From positions 1,302,001 through 1,366,000 of the forward strand of contig JAMWBK010000009.1 of NCBI GenBank assembly GCA_029953675.1: a DNA stretch of 64,000 bases. Reading direction: 5' to 3'. How positions within the stretch are numbered: position 1 is the first letter of the stretch; every line of letters begins with the position of its first letter. Positions 39,366 through 52,900 of this stretch are shown here, piece by piece. This stretch comes from Rhodosorus marinus CCMP1338 (taxonomy: Eukaryota; Plantae; Rhodophyta). The notes beneath the pieces are model-generated. The model saw only the letters and a program-made list of their open reading frames with translations, had not been told where the DNA came from and ran no database searches. Made by a program: the position numbers and the translations under genes.

Positions 39366-39922
39366 GAAAATCAAGCGATCAGTGCTTTGCAGAGTGCTGA
39401 CAGAGGATTCTCAGCTAACGTTCTGTCGGGAACATCGACACAAACATTTCAAGCTCGCATCCTCCACATAAACTGATTGTGGAGATTCGTTTTTCCACGT
39501 GCACCTTTTGAGAGCTAATGCTTCGACACAAGAGACTTTGTCAGCCTCTGACGAGAAAAGCTCTTTTTTCGTGGAACACTAATTTTGAGTAAACTTTGAC
39601 TGCACGGACCGATAACGATAACGGTGATGATGATGATGATGATGATCAAATACACGAAATCAAGCCGTCAGTGCCATGCAGAATGCTGACAGAGGATTCT
39701 CAACTAATTTCAACTGTTCTGTGGGCATATCGACACGACATTTTAAGTTCGCATCCTCCACATAAACTGATTGCGGGCGTTCGTTTTTCCATGTGCGCCA
39801 CCTTTTGAGAGTAAATTGCTTCAACGCAAGACCCTTTGTAAGCTTCTGAAAGACAAAAGCTTTTTTTTCGTGGAGCACTAATTTTGAGTCAAATTTTGGC
39901 AGCACGGATCGATAATGGCAAT
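39366..39922. repeat. Diverged direct duplication of ~260 bp (period ~290 bp) separated by a (GAT)7 microsatellite
   Basis: Copies at about 39366-39620 and 39656-39922 share blocks such as TGCTGACAGAGGATTCTCA, TCGCATCCTCCACATAAACTGATTG and CACTAATTTTGAGT. GAT x7 at 39626-39646. Confidence 0.93.
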
Positions 39923-40479
39923 CGCGCTTCGAGTTTTTTTTTGGTCCCGGATTCAACGCCGGGTTTCAACGAGCAAGGTATGGACAACGGCGTTCTCTAA
40001 ACGGGCAGAAATCGATAAGTTTGTTGCGCACTAGCAATTCCCACTTGGAAAATCGGTTCATCTTTACTTCAAACTAAACAGCGGAAAATATATCTAGTTA
40101 CACCCATTCTGGCCCTTTCTTGACCTCTTCAGCCGTTCGGTACCCTTTTTATTGACTTCGGACTGTTCACGACCTCTCTTAGTCCCTTCAAGGATCGTAG
40201 TTCCACGTTCCCTCGCTGAGAGTGCCTTTGAACGGTCTTCACTTCCCACAACCCGGTGAGAAGGTGGATTCCCACTTTGCGGATTCGCAGCAAGTTTGTT
40301 TGATTTCGTGCACGGTTGTCAGCCGTGCCCATGGATGCAAACCTCGAAGTCTGAGACGGAACACGAATAGGGGTTCAGGGGGATAAAAAAAACGAACAGG
40401 TCGTCAAAGACGATTTCTGCATTCTCACCCAGCGCGATCTCGCCGTAACGCGTTTGAAGATTTTCCAGGCTGCTAACAT
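39660..40479 (-). CDS. Candidate orphan gene or pseudogene (3-4 exons) whose last exon is the duplicated module
   Basis: ATG 40479, then GT-AG introns 40428-40351 (78 nt) and 40143-40074 (70 nt) keep a single frame to the stop at 39660. One in-frame TGA at 39968-39966 remains unless a further GT-AAG intron removes it. Confidence 0.45.
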
Positions 40480-42463
40480 GAAACCCTTCCCTTCCCAAAG
40501 TGCGGTACCCACTGAACGTCAATGCAACTATTCAGTCCGACGAAATCGTAAATTTCCCCTATTACTTAATTTTCTGATGCACCCGTGACCTGTGATTGGC
40601 TGGTAGATGTCCCATACCAACAAAATATTAAGAAGAACGATATCGTTGCAAGAAATCGCACTATGCAAAGAAAAATTGTTACTAATAGATTTCCTTTTAA
40701 TTTAATGATGAAACCCTACCCCCGATTTCGGATCAATCCTATCGGGTTTGGTTTTTCAAGAATTTTCATACAGAAATCCAGGAAAAAAATGCTTATCAAT
40801 GTCACTCATATTACACGATATTTGCGTACCATGACGAATTATTTGAGTTTGTTTTGCTAAACTGTTTGTGTTTCCAAGATTAAAATTGAAAACAAGACGG
40901 AAATCCTCACTTCAAGGGGCATAGTGGATAGGGCTTGTTGCTGCTTTGATGTATAGTGACGAGCTTTTTCCTCCTTTTTTTGAGAGAAGTAGTGAAGAGG
41001 GCTATGTACGAGTCGGTGACTAGCAGAGTACTGCCAGAGGGTTCTCAACTGAAAAAAAAATTCAACCGTCGCGTATATGCGCAGGCCGTTTATCCTAACA
41101 GACTGATGTTCTTCCCCATGAGGAGGAGGGCATCAACTAGGACAAATATAGGAGCTGTTCGTTCTGGCGGCAATTAACATGAGCAGTGAGCATCCGAAGG
41201 CGAGGGGAAAGCGGACGATTGAGAGAAGCATATTACAGAGGCGCCTGACACGAACGAGTAACCCATCTACCTCGGAAGCATCGTGGAGGAGACGGAACTT
41301 CACGTACTTCTGCAGCTATTGCGATCCTGGCTCTCGGACACGTTCTTGGACAAATGCGATCTGAGGATCCACTGTGCAATTTACCCGGGGATAGCTCTGA
41401 AGCCTAGAGGAGTGATCCTTGCTGGGCCATCTTAAGTCAAGCGTTTGAGGTTGGAATTCTTGGGTCGCGAGTACATAGCATTGTCGGTATGTCTACTCAA
41501 ATAAATAATTTAAATGTTGTTTTAGATGCTTGTCAATTGCCCGCAATCCGGCCAGTGGCATGCGCAAGGACCACCATGCTGAAGACTGGTTGAAACAGTT
41601 CAGCTCCTTCCTCCCTGCTTTTTCAGTGATTTCCATGACTGTTTGCTTCTAGAAAAAGTTGGTGATCCTAAAAAGCATGCTGTTTAGCCCAACGGCTGCG
41701 TCCCACCGTGGGTTCTCCGCGCACCAAACCCTACGTCTAAGCGCATTCGCAAGCAGCTCAACCCCCCTCCAAAACTTCCTACGATTGAACACCTCGTATG
41801 GAATATGATTTTTAACTACCCCAAATTCCTGTGTCGAACCATCTCTGTTACCCAGCTCTGTTACCCAGCTCCAGTTCTACCGTCACATCCCTTCGTTGGA
41901 AGTTATTTAAACCAGCTACTTTGATGCGAACTCGGAACAAAGTTGCAAATTAATCTATGAAAAGTCGCTTCGTTATGGTTACATGCAACGTGGACAACCA
42001 TCTCCTAGACCATGAATCCAGCTCAGGTCTTGAAACTCAGCCTCCAGCCTACAACTCCAAAGCCTCCATCCCTCATACGCCGCTGAGCGGATCGAGAGCG
42101 ACACAAATGTAAAAAAAGGGCAGTCAATTTATTCGAGGAGTTTAAAGACTATTGGCAAAAAGTGATTTGTTATAAATAATAATGATTTATTTCAGTATTT
42201 CATATACCTGGATGTGAGCGTTCAAATGTCAGAAAGGGGAAAAGGGGAAATGTTGAGTAGCTTAGTACACCTATTAGTATACTATGAAACATCCGAAGAA
42301 AAATTTCGCGCGGGTGGTGTCGTAAGGAATCCTCCATAATCGATCAGTGCATTAGAAACCGGTTTTTCAGAGCCTACATACCCTGAGAAGCAGGAAAGAA
42401 GACCCTGATCACTCGCTCCCCAACAATAAACCAGTGTTCGAACGCCGGTCGGCTAGTTCTACA

Positions 42464-43410
42464 AAACTTGTGGACTAGTCTTCTCCTAACCTAGGACGCC
42501 TGCCCGGGATCTGTAGTTTTCCAGTAAACCATCAGAGTTGAGTTAAAAGACATGCACCCATCTCTGTCAACGGAAACTTGGTAGAACACGTTGAAGATTT
42601 GATGATTGAGAATGGATTAAGTTCACGCACTTGTGGCTCCCCCTTCACTCTCCTCCGCACCTACTTGGGTCGTTTAGTTGTCAAGTAAACCAGAGTTGAG
42701 TCAAGGACATGAATCCATCTGTGTGGATGGAAATTTGGGTGAACTTTTTAAGGCTTTGACGACTGAGAATAGGTTAAGTTCACGCACTTGTTACTCGGCA
42801 TTCCGTCTCCTCGGGCACCTACCCGTTGTGAGTTTTCCAGCAAAACAATAGTCAAATACCAGTAAACATCAGTCGGTGTAGATGTACCTTTGGTAGATCA
42901 CTTTGGGGATTTGGTGATCGAGAACGGGTAAAGTTCGTGCACTTGTGACTCCCCCTTCCCTCTCCTACACACCCACTTGGGGACGTTTAGTTTTCAAGTA
43001 AACCAGAGTTGACTCAAGGAGGTCCACCCGCTGTGCAGATGGAATTTTACAGAACACTTCATGGATTTGATGATTGAGAACGGGCTGAAGCTCAAGCACT
43101 TGTGACTCCCCACTCCCTCTCCTACGACACATACCTGGGGTTGCTAGTTTTCTGGGACACCATAGTTGTTTCAAAAGACCTGGCATCCATCTGCGTAGAT
43201 GAACTTTGTTGGTAGGTAGAACACTTTTGGGGATTTGATGGTTGAGAATGGGTTAAGTTCACGCACTAGACTCCCCTTTCCTTCTCCTAGGACCCCCGAG
43301 GTCCTTAGTTGTCCAGTAAACCAGAGTTGAGTTTGAGGTATGGCATCCATCTATGTAGATGGACATTTCGTAGAACGTTTTGAGGATTGGAGATGATTGA
43401 GAATGGGATC
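42464..43410. repeat. Degenerate tandem array of about six ~157-bp units
   Basis: Unit starts (AGTTKTC...) at 42515, 42676, 42831, 42989, 43146 and 43307. Shared cores GATTGAGAATGGGTTAAGTTCACGCACTTGTGACTCCCC and AGTAAACCAGAGTTGAGT. Confidence 0.95.
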
Positions 43411-43973
43411 TAAAAGAGGTTGAGCTCTCTCTCTTGATAATAATTTCCTTGTTTGAGACGAAGGGGTGAACTGGGGACTGATCTCGAGGATTTAAGAATC
43501 CGGTCTGAAAAAGAAATCAATCCGTTTGAATCGATCTTTGCGTGAACATTTGTAGGCTTAACGAGTGAGAACTGAAAGAAGAGAGGCTGCAGGAAACCAG
43601 TTGAGGGTTCGGGTTCGACGGGTAAGTTGCTGCTTGTGTGGGGAGATTTTTGGGATTTGAGAGATGCTGCGATGCCGTTTGTGAGTGAGTGTTACGGGTT
43701 TATCCGTGATAGACGTTGGAATTTGTTTGTTACGATTGTGGGAGGAACAGTGCCTGTAAGTTTAGTCGCTGATAGAAGTGTGATGGATTCGGAGGAGATT
43801 GGGATGGGGGTTTTGCGGTTGTGAACCGCTTGAGTTCAAGTTCTCCAGAGACGTTTGAGGAGAGCGTTTGCGTTTTGGTGATTGATTGGGGTTGCTTTTC
43901 GCTGAAGTCAAGCGGGTACGATCCTTTGAATAATAAGCAGTTCACTGATACTGGCGTTTTGAAGTCCTCAACA

Positions 43974-46900
43974 ATGTCTGACGAAGCGACCAGTGGGATC
44001 GCGGCTGCGGTCTTTGGGCTCGTTGCTGTTTTAGCCGCGCAGCTCTTCTTATTGCCTGTTTTCTTGGGCGGCCTTGTGACGTTCCTGGTGAATAGACAGG
44101 CAAGAATTCGAGCACGTCTATCACGTGGCACTGGAGCAGATGTACCCTATTTCAGTGTTGGAGCGCTGCACATATTCCCACTAGCAGGCATGGTCACAGC
44201 GAAACGATTGGTTGTTGTCACTGCTGGGATGGCGATAACTATTGCCGACCTGAGAATTCAACTCATGTGGTGGAGGAACTTAGCAAAAAGGGTTCGTTCT
44301 CGGTTCAAACGCAAATCGGGCACGTCCCAACTGCACGCCATGCATCTTTCTGGATCACGAAAAGCCTTTCGTGTTTCTAAACCTTTTCTCTCCCCCTGAA
44401 AACAATCAGATTCGCTCAGCGGAGGAATTGGAGAATCGTACTGTAGAAAGCAAGATCGACTTAACTGCAGAGGTAGCGGAAAAGCCGGGTCAACGCTCGT
44501 TGGTTTATGTTGTCGTATCTGGAGCGACGGTTAGGATTGTAAACGGCCATTGGAGGTGTGATAGTCATTTCAGAATTCATTGACCGGTGAATCTCCGAGC
44601 CTGTCTTGATCGCTGAGCGCCATTCTTCCGGTTTGTGCTTATTGGATTCGGACTACTTAGATCTGATGGGACATTAAGCGAAAACCAATCCCTGTATACG
44701 AGGCTCAGCGTTAGTATGGCGAGGAGGATGGCGCATATGTCCGCACAAGCGTCAGGCTTCACCGAGAACACCAAAGAGCAAGATATAAGCCACTTCACTA
44801 GACTCTTGGAGCTGGTCGTTTTCGATTTCTATTTTGCCACTGTCATTTCATGTGACCCGTTTGTTCGTTTCTCCCTCATACGCAGACGAAAGTTGGAACT
44901 GTTTGTGTTTCCAATGCTGACTGTTAATTATCCGTTGAAAACACAACAGGAAACACCTCTTGTCAGGTTTTCTGCTGATTCCTGCAGGTCGACTCTCTCA
45001 CTTGAGTCTACCACGTATGAGGAGGACAAATATAGGATCGTGACCAGGTTGAAACTCAGAAACGTAGGCCTCAGGTGTGTGCCTTTAAGACAACCACAAA
45101 CTCAACGATCACAAAGCTAGGGTATGGGGTTTAGTTAAAACAAAGCGCCCTGTGCTTTTATTTTTTTTGGCGGGCATTCTCTAGCGTTCTTGAGAGGAAG
45201 AATTTTGCAGTTGTTGAAATGGACGACCACAAGGGAAATTGGGACTTTAGTAAACTTCCCGACGATCTGGCGAGGAAACGTGAGATGCGGACCCGGAAGA
45301 AGTGGCCGTTGAGGCTTCTCCTGAAATCTAGAAGTGCAGCCGTACAATACGAATACGAAGTTCCGGGGGAGCTGAATAGCTTCGAGGGGTAGGAGTCTCA
45401 ACCTCGTCCGCTCAGATGGGTTTTATTGCAATACTGCACTTTGAGGGCTCGACGTTGCTATTTTTGTCTTGCACGCTTGTACTGACTCTTCCTTGCGCAA
45501 TCTTCAGGTGCAACAACGCGACTTTTCCAGAGCATGGACTTTTCGTAAGACTTGAGGAGAGTCTTGCGGTGCTAGATACGGAGGCTCTTGCATTGACTGG
45601 TGAGACTATTCAGCGAATGGTACCGAGAACGTTCGTTTTTGCGGAGGTGAGGACTTTCATGGATCAACCGGATCAACCATCTCGCCTTTACACTACGTTG
45701 GAATAAATGGTCCATCTGGCATATGCTGAATCGGATCTGCTTCTACCTGGTGCTATCAGAGTGTTGATGACGTTTACGAGATTGGAGTCCACGACAAAAG
45801 AACTCACAGAGCCTTTACCTTCGAGTTGGAGATTCGGCAAGGAAGAGACGACATTGAACCGGGGGTAGAAGGAGTTTCCTTGATTGTTCCTTTCGTTCCA
45901 GGAACGTCATGGGAGGAGTCTGACTTAACACGGGTTAAGACGGGCGGAATACGTTCCAAGCTTCTCCTCGCTTCCAAAAACCCTCTCAGTCTGGTGGCTA
46001 CCTTCCCACTATTGGCGGATGAGAGCGGAATCTGTGCAACTCATGCAGTACTGCAAGGGGAAAACGTTGAGCTGCTGTCTAGGGGTATTGTGGACTCAGC
46101 AGTGGTAAACACTGAAAAGCTCAGAATCGTCGCGGATTCAACAAAAGGTGTTGCTTGGAATGGTACTCCTACCTAGCTGCAAAGAATTCTCTCTCTTGGC
46201 CACCGGCTGCTCTCCTTTCACAATCCTCATTTGCAACTCGAATCCTCTTCAGATCCCATTGACACAACTGTATCGGTTCAGTTCCAGAAAACAAGGGGAC
46301 TTTTCATGATGTGCCACGTCAGCATCTTAGCCGACATCGCGGCCGGCGGGATTAGTTCGAAAGACCCTGGTGACGCGCGATATTTCATCCCAGGATCTCT
46401 CAGTGTTACTCTGAATCACTCAGGCGGTTACGATATTGGGATGGGATGCAATTTTGAGAACATATGGAACGACCCCGAGTATCCTCGTCTACCAAAGCGT
46501 GAGTCGAGAATAAGCAAATCTGTTGGCAAGAGGACAAGTCATCTCACAACAGTCACATTTCTTTGCACAACGTCACGTCTTAGAAACCGATTGGACTTAT
46601 CAAATTGTCGGGCGCGATAAGCTCCGGTTTCATTTTAAGAGCTGTTCAGAGCGGTATTTTTCTCTGGTGACAACGTCGCGCTGGGAGCTTGACGTCCCGA
46701 GCTCTTCAGTTTACCTCAGAGGGCCTGTTCGGCATGCTTTTCTCAGGGATATAAGCTTGGATGAAAAAGTAAGCGGCCGGCTCAAATTCGCTGAAAGTCA
46801 TCCTTCTAAGTCGATACGAGGGTTGAACGCCCCTGCAGGTGATGGACTTTCCGGAACTTTTAAATCTCAGAGCTGTGACGCGTAGCCACAGCCAAAAGGT

Positions 46901-49900
46901 GCTTGAAGCTGTGGACACCAACGACATGGAATGTACAATAAAGCCGACTCGTTTTGCCCTCGGCTCTAAACACCTACAATTCCTATTTAACTGGATTGCT
47001 AACCATTTCGGGGAAACTTCAGCAGTTAGAAGAGCTGCTGCTCAAACGAGTTCCGGGTTAGCTGAGGGGGGAGAGGAGAATACTGACTGGATTTACTACA
47101 AGGTACGTGGGCGTGAACGTAAACTACTCAGTGGGACTAGCTAAAATTGTCGTTTTCATCTTGTTTGTTTCCCTCAAGGACCGTGCTTCATCTCGCCCGC
47201 TGCCGGCCAACCCGGGTGTTGCCAGGGTGAAGATTAACTTTCTGGACGCCTTATTGACCTTAGTAGGCAGAGTAGATGCGGGCTGGCTACCCAAGCATGT
47301 GTCTGTGAACGTAAACGGTCTACCTAATGCTCGGAAGTTCCCGTTTGTGGGACTGCGGACAGCTGGAGTTCGGTTGGAGATTGAGTCTGGCTATTCAGGG
47401 AGCACTCTGATGATGAAAACGGACAGTGCGGTCACCACTTTCAACAATGGGACGGACTACTTTCCGTCGAGGTATATCGAAACCAATTGCTTTACAACCA
47501 ACAACCAACAACGTCGGGCATCTGTGCATGGAGTGGTGGTCTTGCGCCGCTGAAGTTTCATTCTTCCTCTGCCCACAGGGATCCAGATTCCAATGATAAC
47601 ACACTCAGGATAGATTCACTACTCCTGAAACGGCTTAGTACATTCGACGACAATGGGCGTGAGTCATATCTCGCTGAGATGTCTCTAGAAGTCGGTCGGA
47701 TTTCGGGGGTGCTAACCTTGCCCGAGCTTTTGGCGCTCAATGAGTTCGGCTCAACATTAGATTCCATCGTTTTCGCTGACAACAAGGGAGCGGACTCGTG
47801 GGTCACTGGATTAGAACAGTTGTCCTTGTTGAAGGGCAATCTGAGCCCATCACGTTTCTACGTTTCACTTATGAGAGGAGCGGTGAAGAACAGCGTTTTC
47901 ATAGCCGAGGTAGAGTTTGACAGAGTTCTATTCACAAAATCGGGACTGGCTACCGCCAACTGGAGCTCCACCACGAAGGTACTCGTTGACAACTTGGGTT
48001 ACAGGATGCTTCAACTTCACGATGGTGAGTCGCCTTAGTAACCCCTTGTAGCAAAGATCGTGCCCGCATCGAGGCGTCGATGCTGACGTCTCCAAATTCT
48101 GTGCGGACCGTTATTTAGCCCCCTCGCCGATGGTTGCAGTGGAAGACGTCGAAAGGCTCCTTGACGAAGGCAGGGAAGACGTCGTGCTCAAACGTCTGTC
48201 GATGAAAGTAATGTCTGCATTTACACCAGAAATGTACTCACCGCACTACGAGAAGGTTCAACAGGACTTCTTGAAAAAGGTTGACAAGGAGAAAGGCCTT
48301 TTGCAGTTTCTCTTTGATAGCGATGCTTCGCTGGTGGAAGGCAACGGGCTAGGAAGCAGATTTGTAAAGTTTTGGAAGGACAATGGTGTTGAAGCGGGAA
48401 GGGACAAGAGGACGGTACAGGCGAATATTTGGAATCACGGTTTTTTCTGACTTGATATGATGGCCAGGATATTTCGCTGAGCAGATTACGTGCTTCCCTT
48501 GCTGCGCTCTGGATTCCCTCACTTAGGACACCGAACTGCTGAAAGGGCTGACGACTACTTCAGTAGAAGTATCACCCGAGGTAGACCTGGCTATCGGCTT
48601 CGAAGTTATGGCAAATGTGATCACGTTGCTGGACGCTCTTGAAGCTCAGGCTAGGCTTCATGTCAGTGCTGAGACTGCTCTGGTTGATTTGTGGAAGTAT
48701 GCGACAGCTCGTTTCGCATCTATAAAGGAGGCATTCGCATCTGGAAACTTCAGATCGATAGTAAAGCTGCCAGAAGTAAGCGCTAAGGCTTGCTACCACG
48801 TTTCTAGAGTTGCAGATTTTTTGCCTGACAAGGTCTCGTGGGGTCTCGTCCTCCCCATCCATCGCAGACACGAATATCTGTGATTGCTGATGAATCACTG
48901 GAGTCGGCAATCTCAGAAGTTGGTGTCCACCTTCCTTCGGGATTGCGAGCAGCATCCGAGGTTTCTGGATCCGGAGGAATTGTAAGGAACACCCTGCAAG
49001 TTGCTTTGGAGGAAGGCCGGTTATTCGCAGTACGAGATGACGTGGAGGCAGATGAGGAGATTGATTTATTGGAAGCGCGATACCTGGTCTATACAGCGGT
49101 GAGTTACCGCAGCCTTTTCACAATGGGCGACACAACCCCTCGCCGACACCTTTTTTACTATGGACTTACAAAATTCTGATAATTTTGTTCTCCGTAATAG
49201 GTGTCGTCGATCCTGATTTTACCAACACGACTAACAACCCTAAAGGCTCATAGGGATATTAGCGTTGGTAAGTCTTGAAAGCGCCCTGGATGGTGATTCC
49301 CGGCAGGGGTGATATAAGTGACAAGGGGGGGCCCTTCTTCAAGAGGGGCGGCTAACGTCTCAACATATAAATTTGATCGCCTCCGCTCACAGGTGGATTC
49401 AGTGAATGGAATGCAGACTTGAGTGATGTCGTTGAACTTTCAAAATTCGTCGCATCATGTGCCCCGTGGATCGGGGCAGCAACTGTGCAGGTGTCAAAGC
49501 TCACACGGTGGGCGGAAGCCCGGGTCGTCATCTCTATGACTCAAGCTGTGGGTCTCTCCTTCGATGAGTTTCGGGGGCTTAACGAAGAACGGGCGATCGA
49601 GTTTCTTTACGACGGCTTGTCTGTGGTGCGAAGCATTAACGGGAAGGCGCAGCTGAAATCTTGCGAGAGGTACGACAGGAGATCGAAAGCGGCGATGTGA
49701 TCTTCGCAAAGAGCTGACGGATTCGAATTTATTTCATATAGATATCTGGGTATGGTTGCAGGCACAGCCATCGATGGACTGCCTCGAATACCGCCGGAGC
49801 GTAGGACTGGTGCTTACGGTTACAATATCCTCATCCCGGAGTATCGCTTTAGCCTCAGAGGTAGCAAGTGCTTGATTGCGAGCCCTGTCCTGGGACATGC

Positions 49901-52900
49901 GACCTCGGCTGGGAAGCAAGCAACGGTTTCCGTTCATGGTGAAGCCGTGCACCTGCATCTGAATAGCGAGTTAGTTGGTTTGTTGTCGGATGTTAAGCGA
50001 GATTTTACAAGGTTAGCAACGGAATGAAAGCCGGGGATCTTGCAACCAACCATTCAACTCAAGGCCAACATTGTGGGCGTGCTTGTGTTGTGCGTTGGTC
50101 GATGTAGGACTTCGAAGAGTATGGGTGCAGTGATCAAGAGCGTCCGTGCAATGGTTGGTCAACGGAAGGAGGATGCAGCCCAGTTTCTAGGGATAGCAAC
50201 AGTAAGCGATCTCGGTCCATGTGCCATTGATGTAACATCACATTGCAAGCTGACACGGTGCGGCCTTTGGCATGACTCTCTTCCAGACTGCTCGGCCAAC
50301 AGACACAAGCGTTTCCACCTTGCAGACTGGCTCTATTAACGACTTATCATGGGTGCGGGAGATTGCTTCAGAGCTTCACCCTTCCGAGGATCACAGGAGG
50401 CGAGGTATCCAAGTGGACTTATTCGGTTGGGGAGAGAGATACAGTGCTGAGACCTCAGATCGGTTCCCACTGGAACATTCCGTAAGAACGTCAGTGTTTC
50501 AGAGAAGGCGTATGTAGATTCAAACAAGTTGTTTTTGTCTCTTTCCCAGTTCGCGTACACGGATGTTTTCTCAGTTAGGTTCTCCGGCTCTTACACTTGA
50601 ATAGGTTCTGTGGCCGATGACTTCTCCCAGTTTGAGAGGTCAAGGTCGATTTTCCGTAAGGCGAGGAGTCGAGGAACTGACGCCGCGCTTGATATCTCCG
50701 CAGCATCTCCGAATGAGTATTTCACTTTTCAGTACGAGTTCTTTAGACCAGCTCGCATCGTTGTGAACGTATAGTCAACAGCTTTTCATTTTTCTTACGC
50801 GTGTTTCGCCTTTGTATCAGTTCCGGAGGCCTCCGGTTGGCTCTGCTGATGAAGAACTTTGCTGTGCAAGTTTCTGATGAACCCAACCAGCTCCGAGCAA
50901 GGTTCACTGTGAAGGGCTTGCACTCTCTGCTTTCGCTTGCCGGAGAGGTTGGTAACACCTCAAGCTGAAACCGTTTTGCGATTACGCGGTGTAACAGAAG
51001 CGACAACGGAATTTCTAACCGGTGGAACTCGTGTTTTCACAGTCGAGAGCGATATCTCTTTCTACAAAGGAGATTCTCACTGAACTGAAGCACGAGCAAC
51101 GTTCAGTGAGGGTTCGTCTAAAAAGGTTAGCTCTACAGTGCGGACAGGGACGGAAGGTGAGCAAAGTAGACAGTTGCCAAGAAAGATGTCACCTCGATCG
51201 GTTCTCATGAAACCTTTGACGAACAAGGCGTGTCATGTTTCTTCGCCTCTGTCTAGGTTACTACCGTAGAGGGTGATATTGGAGACGTCAAATTGCATAT
51301 TAAGAATGACACCCTCCTAGGATTTCAGGGCTCTATCTTACTTGCAGCAGATACCTGGATGAAACCTTTCCAGAGGCGCCCAGGTCGACACCTCGGAAAA
51401 GTAGAGAGGGAAAATGACCCAGAACTTAGACCACCGACGGGTTTGGTGCTGGTGACGATCGGGATGAGATCGGCTGCTTTCAAGGTTAGATGACGAACTG
51501 AAACAAACCGTTGACTGTCGTCATTGTCACCTAACGGACCAACTCGATTGGGGGAACTTTCACCAGAATACTTTTCCTCGAAAGGAACAAAAATATATAA
51601 GCCTCATGGCCATCCAACTCCTTGTCGATCTATCCGCACATGTCAACTGGTTAGGCGAGATACACGGCTCCCTGAAGATGCACCTCTCCCGGTGGCTTGT
51701 TGCCACTCGAGATGTCATGGCAAAGGAAAGACTGGACGTGAAGACGTTGGGATTTCAGCTGTTCGCGTACTACAACGTAGGAGAACCAGTCGAGGTAGGG
51801 ATTCACTGGCCGTGATTAGCTGTTCGAACGTTCTCGGAGATCGTTAGGAGCCAGCGTTTGTTCCTCAAAAACGGACTCTCGTTTTTCTTTTGTGCTCGTC
51901 AGATTGATTTGAAGGTTGGAAGGCTTGTTCCCGAGCTGTCCCTAGAAAGCTGGATCCTCATCATTCGAAATGCCAAGGAAGCGTTCTCACGCCCAAGAGG
52001 TTCTAGAGGATACAGACGTCCTCGCACTTCAACGCGGCACAGAGTGCAAGGAGATCGGCGAGAACTCCCGCCGGTTGTCGTTGGTAAATCCACCGCAGCC
52101 TCTTTCGAGGCCGTCTCTACAATGTTGTGGTTTTCCAAACTCGCCTGCCTACTTAGTGAACACTCGTTCTCTTTCTTTCCTTTCCAGCGTGCGATGTTGA
52201 AGGTCAGGAGCACAGGGTGTTCGGGCTTGGTGTTGATGCGAGGTTGGCGTTTGAGAGGCTTCAATTGCGGTTTTCAATTCACATTGGCCCGTCGTCAAGC
52301 TTGGAAATGAAATTCTCGTTGCCGACCTTAGTAGTCGCCTTGAAAGGCGATGAAGATGCTAGTTTGTCAAAGCTCGCGTTGCACGAATTTGAATCCACCT
52401 TGGAACTCTCAAGGCGGGAGCTAAACCAGTACTGTGGTTTGAACCTTATTTCAGTCCGAACAAGCGTTGAGCGAGCATGTAAGCCATCGTATGGAAGGTT
52501 TCATGATACATCAACTACCGGCACACACAATCTAATAGGATACGGTTTCTTCGACTCTAGTCTTTTTAGCACAGGAGCACTTCGTCGAAAAGGCAAACCT
52601 TCTGCTACAATCTGCGTCATTCGCTGACGCCACGGAGGAGACTCCGTGGAAGCAGGAAGAAGACGAAGATTTATTCGATGAATCGAACCCTACGCAGACG
52701 ATTACGAAGGGAGTTGGATCCCTATCATTTGGCAATTTGCGTTTCCTGGTGATGGCACCTGAGAAGGTCGATTTACGCCTGTCGGACTGGACACACTACG
52801 CGCAGATTGGTGATTACCAGTTCGTGTCAGTGCAAGAACATAGTGATCTGGACTTAATGGAATCTGCAGATCCAGTCATCGTGTCGTCCAACTCGTTTCA

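Noticed and set aside
5642-41430. Recurrent in-frame TGA in orphan frames as evidence for recoding (Sec or Trp)
   Set aside because: Conserved genes here end at TGA normally, the TGAs can be explained by introns or point mutation, TAA/TAG also interrupt these frames, and I saw no SECIS evidence.
34090-41871. Tiny two-copy tandem duplications (15-16 nt near 34090; 13 nt at 41843-41868)
   Set aside because: Ordinary slippage products with no sign of function.
42464-43410. CRISPR-like interpretation of the tandem array
   Set aside because: Whole units are homologous with no unique spacers, the context is eukaryotic, and there are no cas genes.
43600-43630. GGTTCGA tRNA T-loop-like word
   Set aside because: No cloverleaf pairing or A-box upstream.
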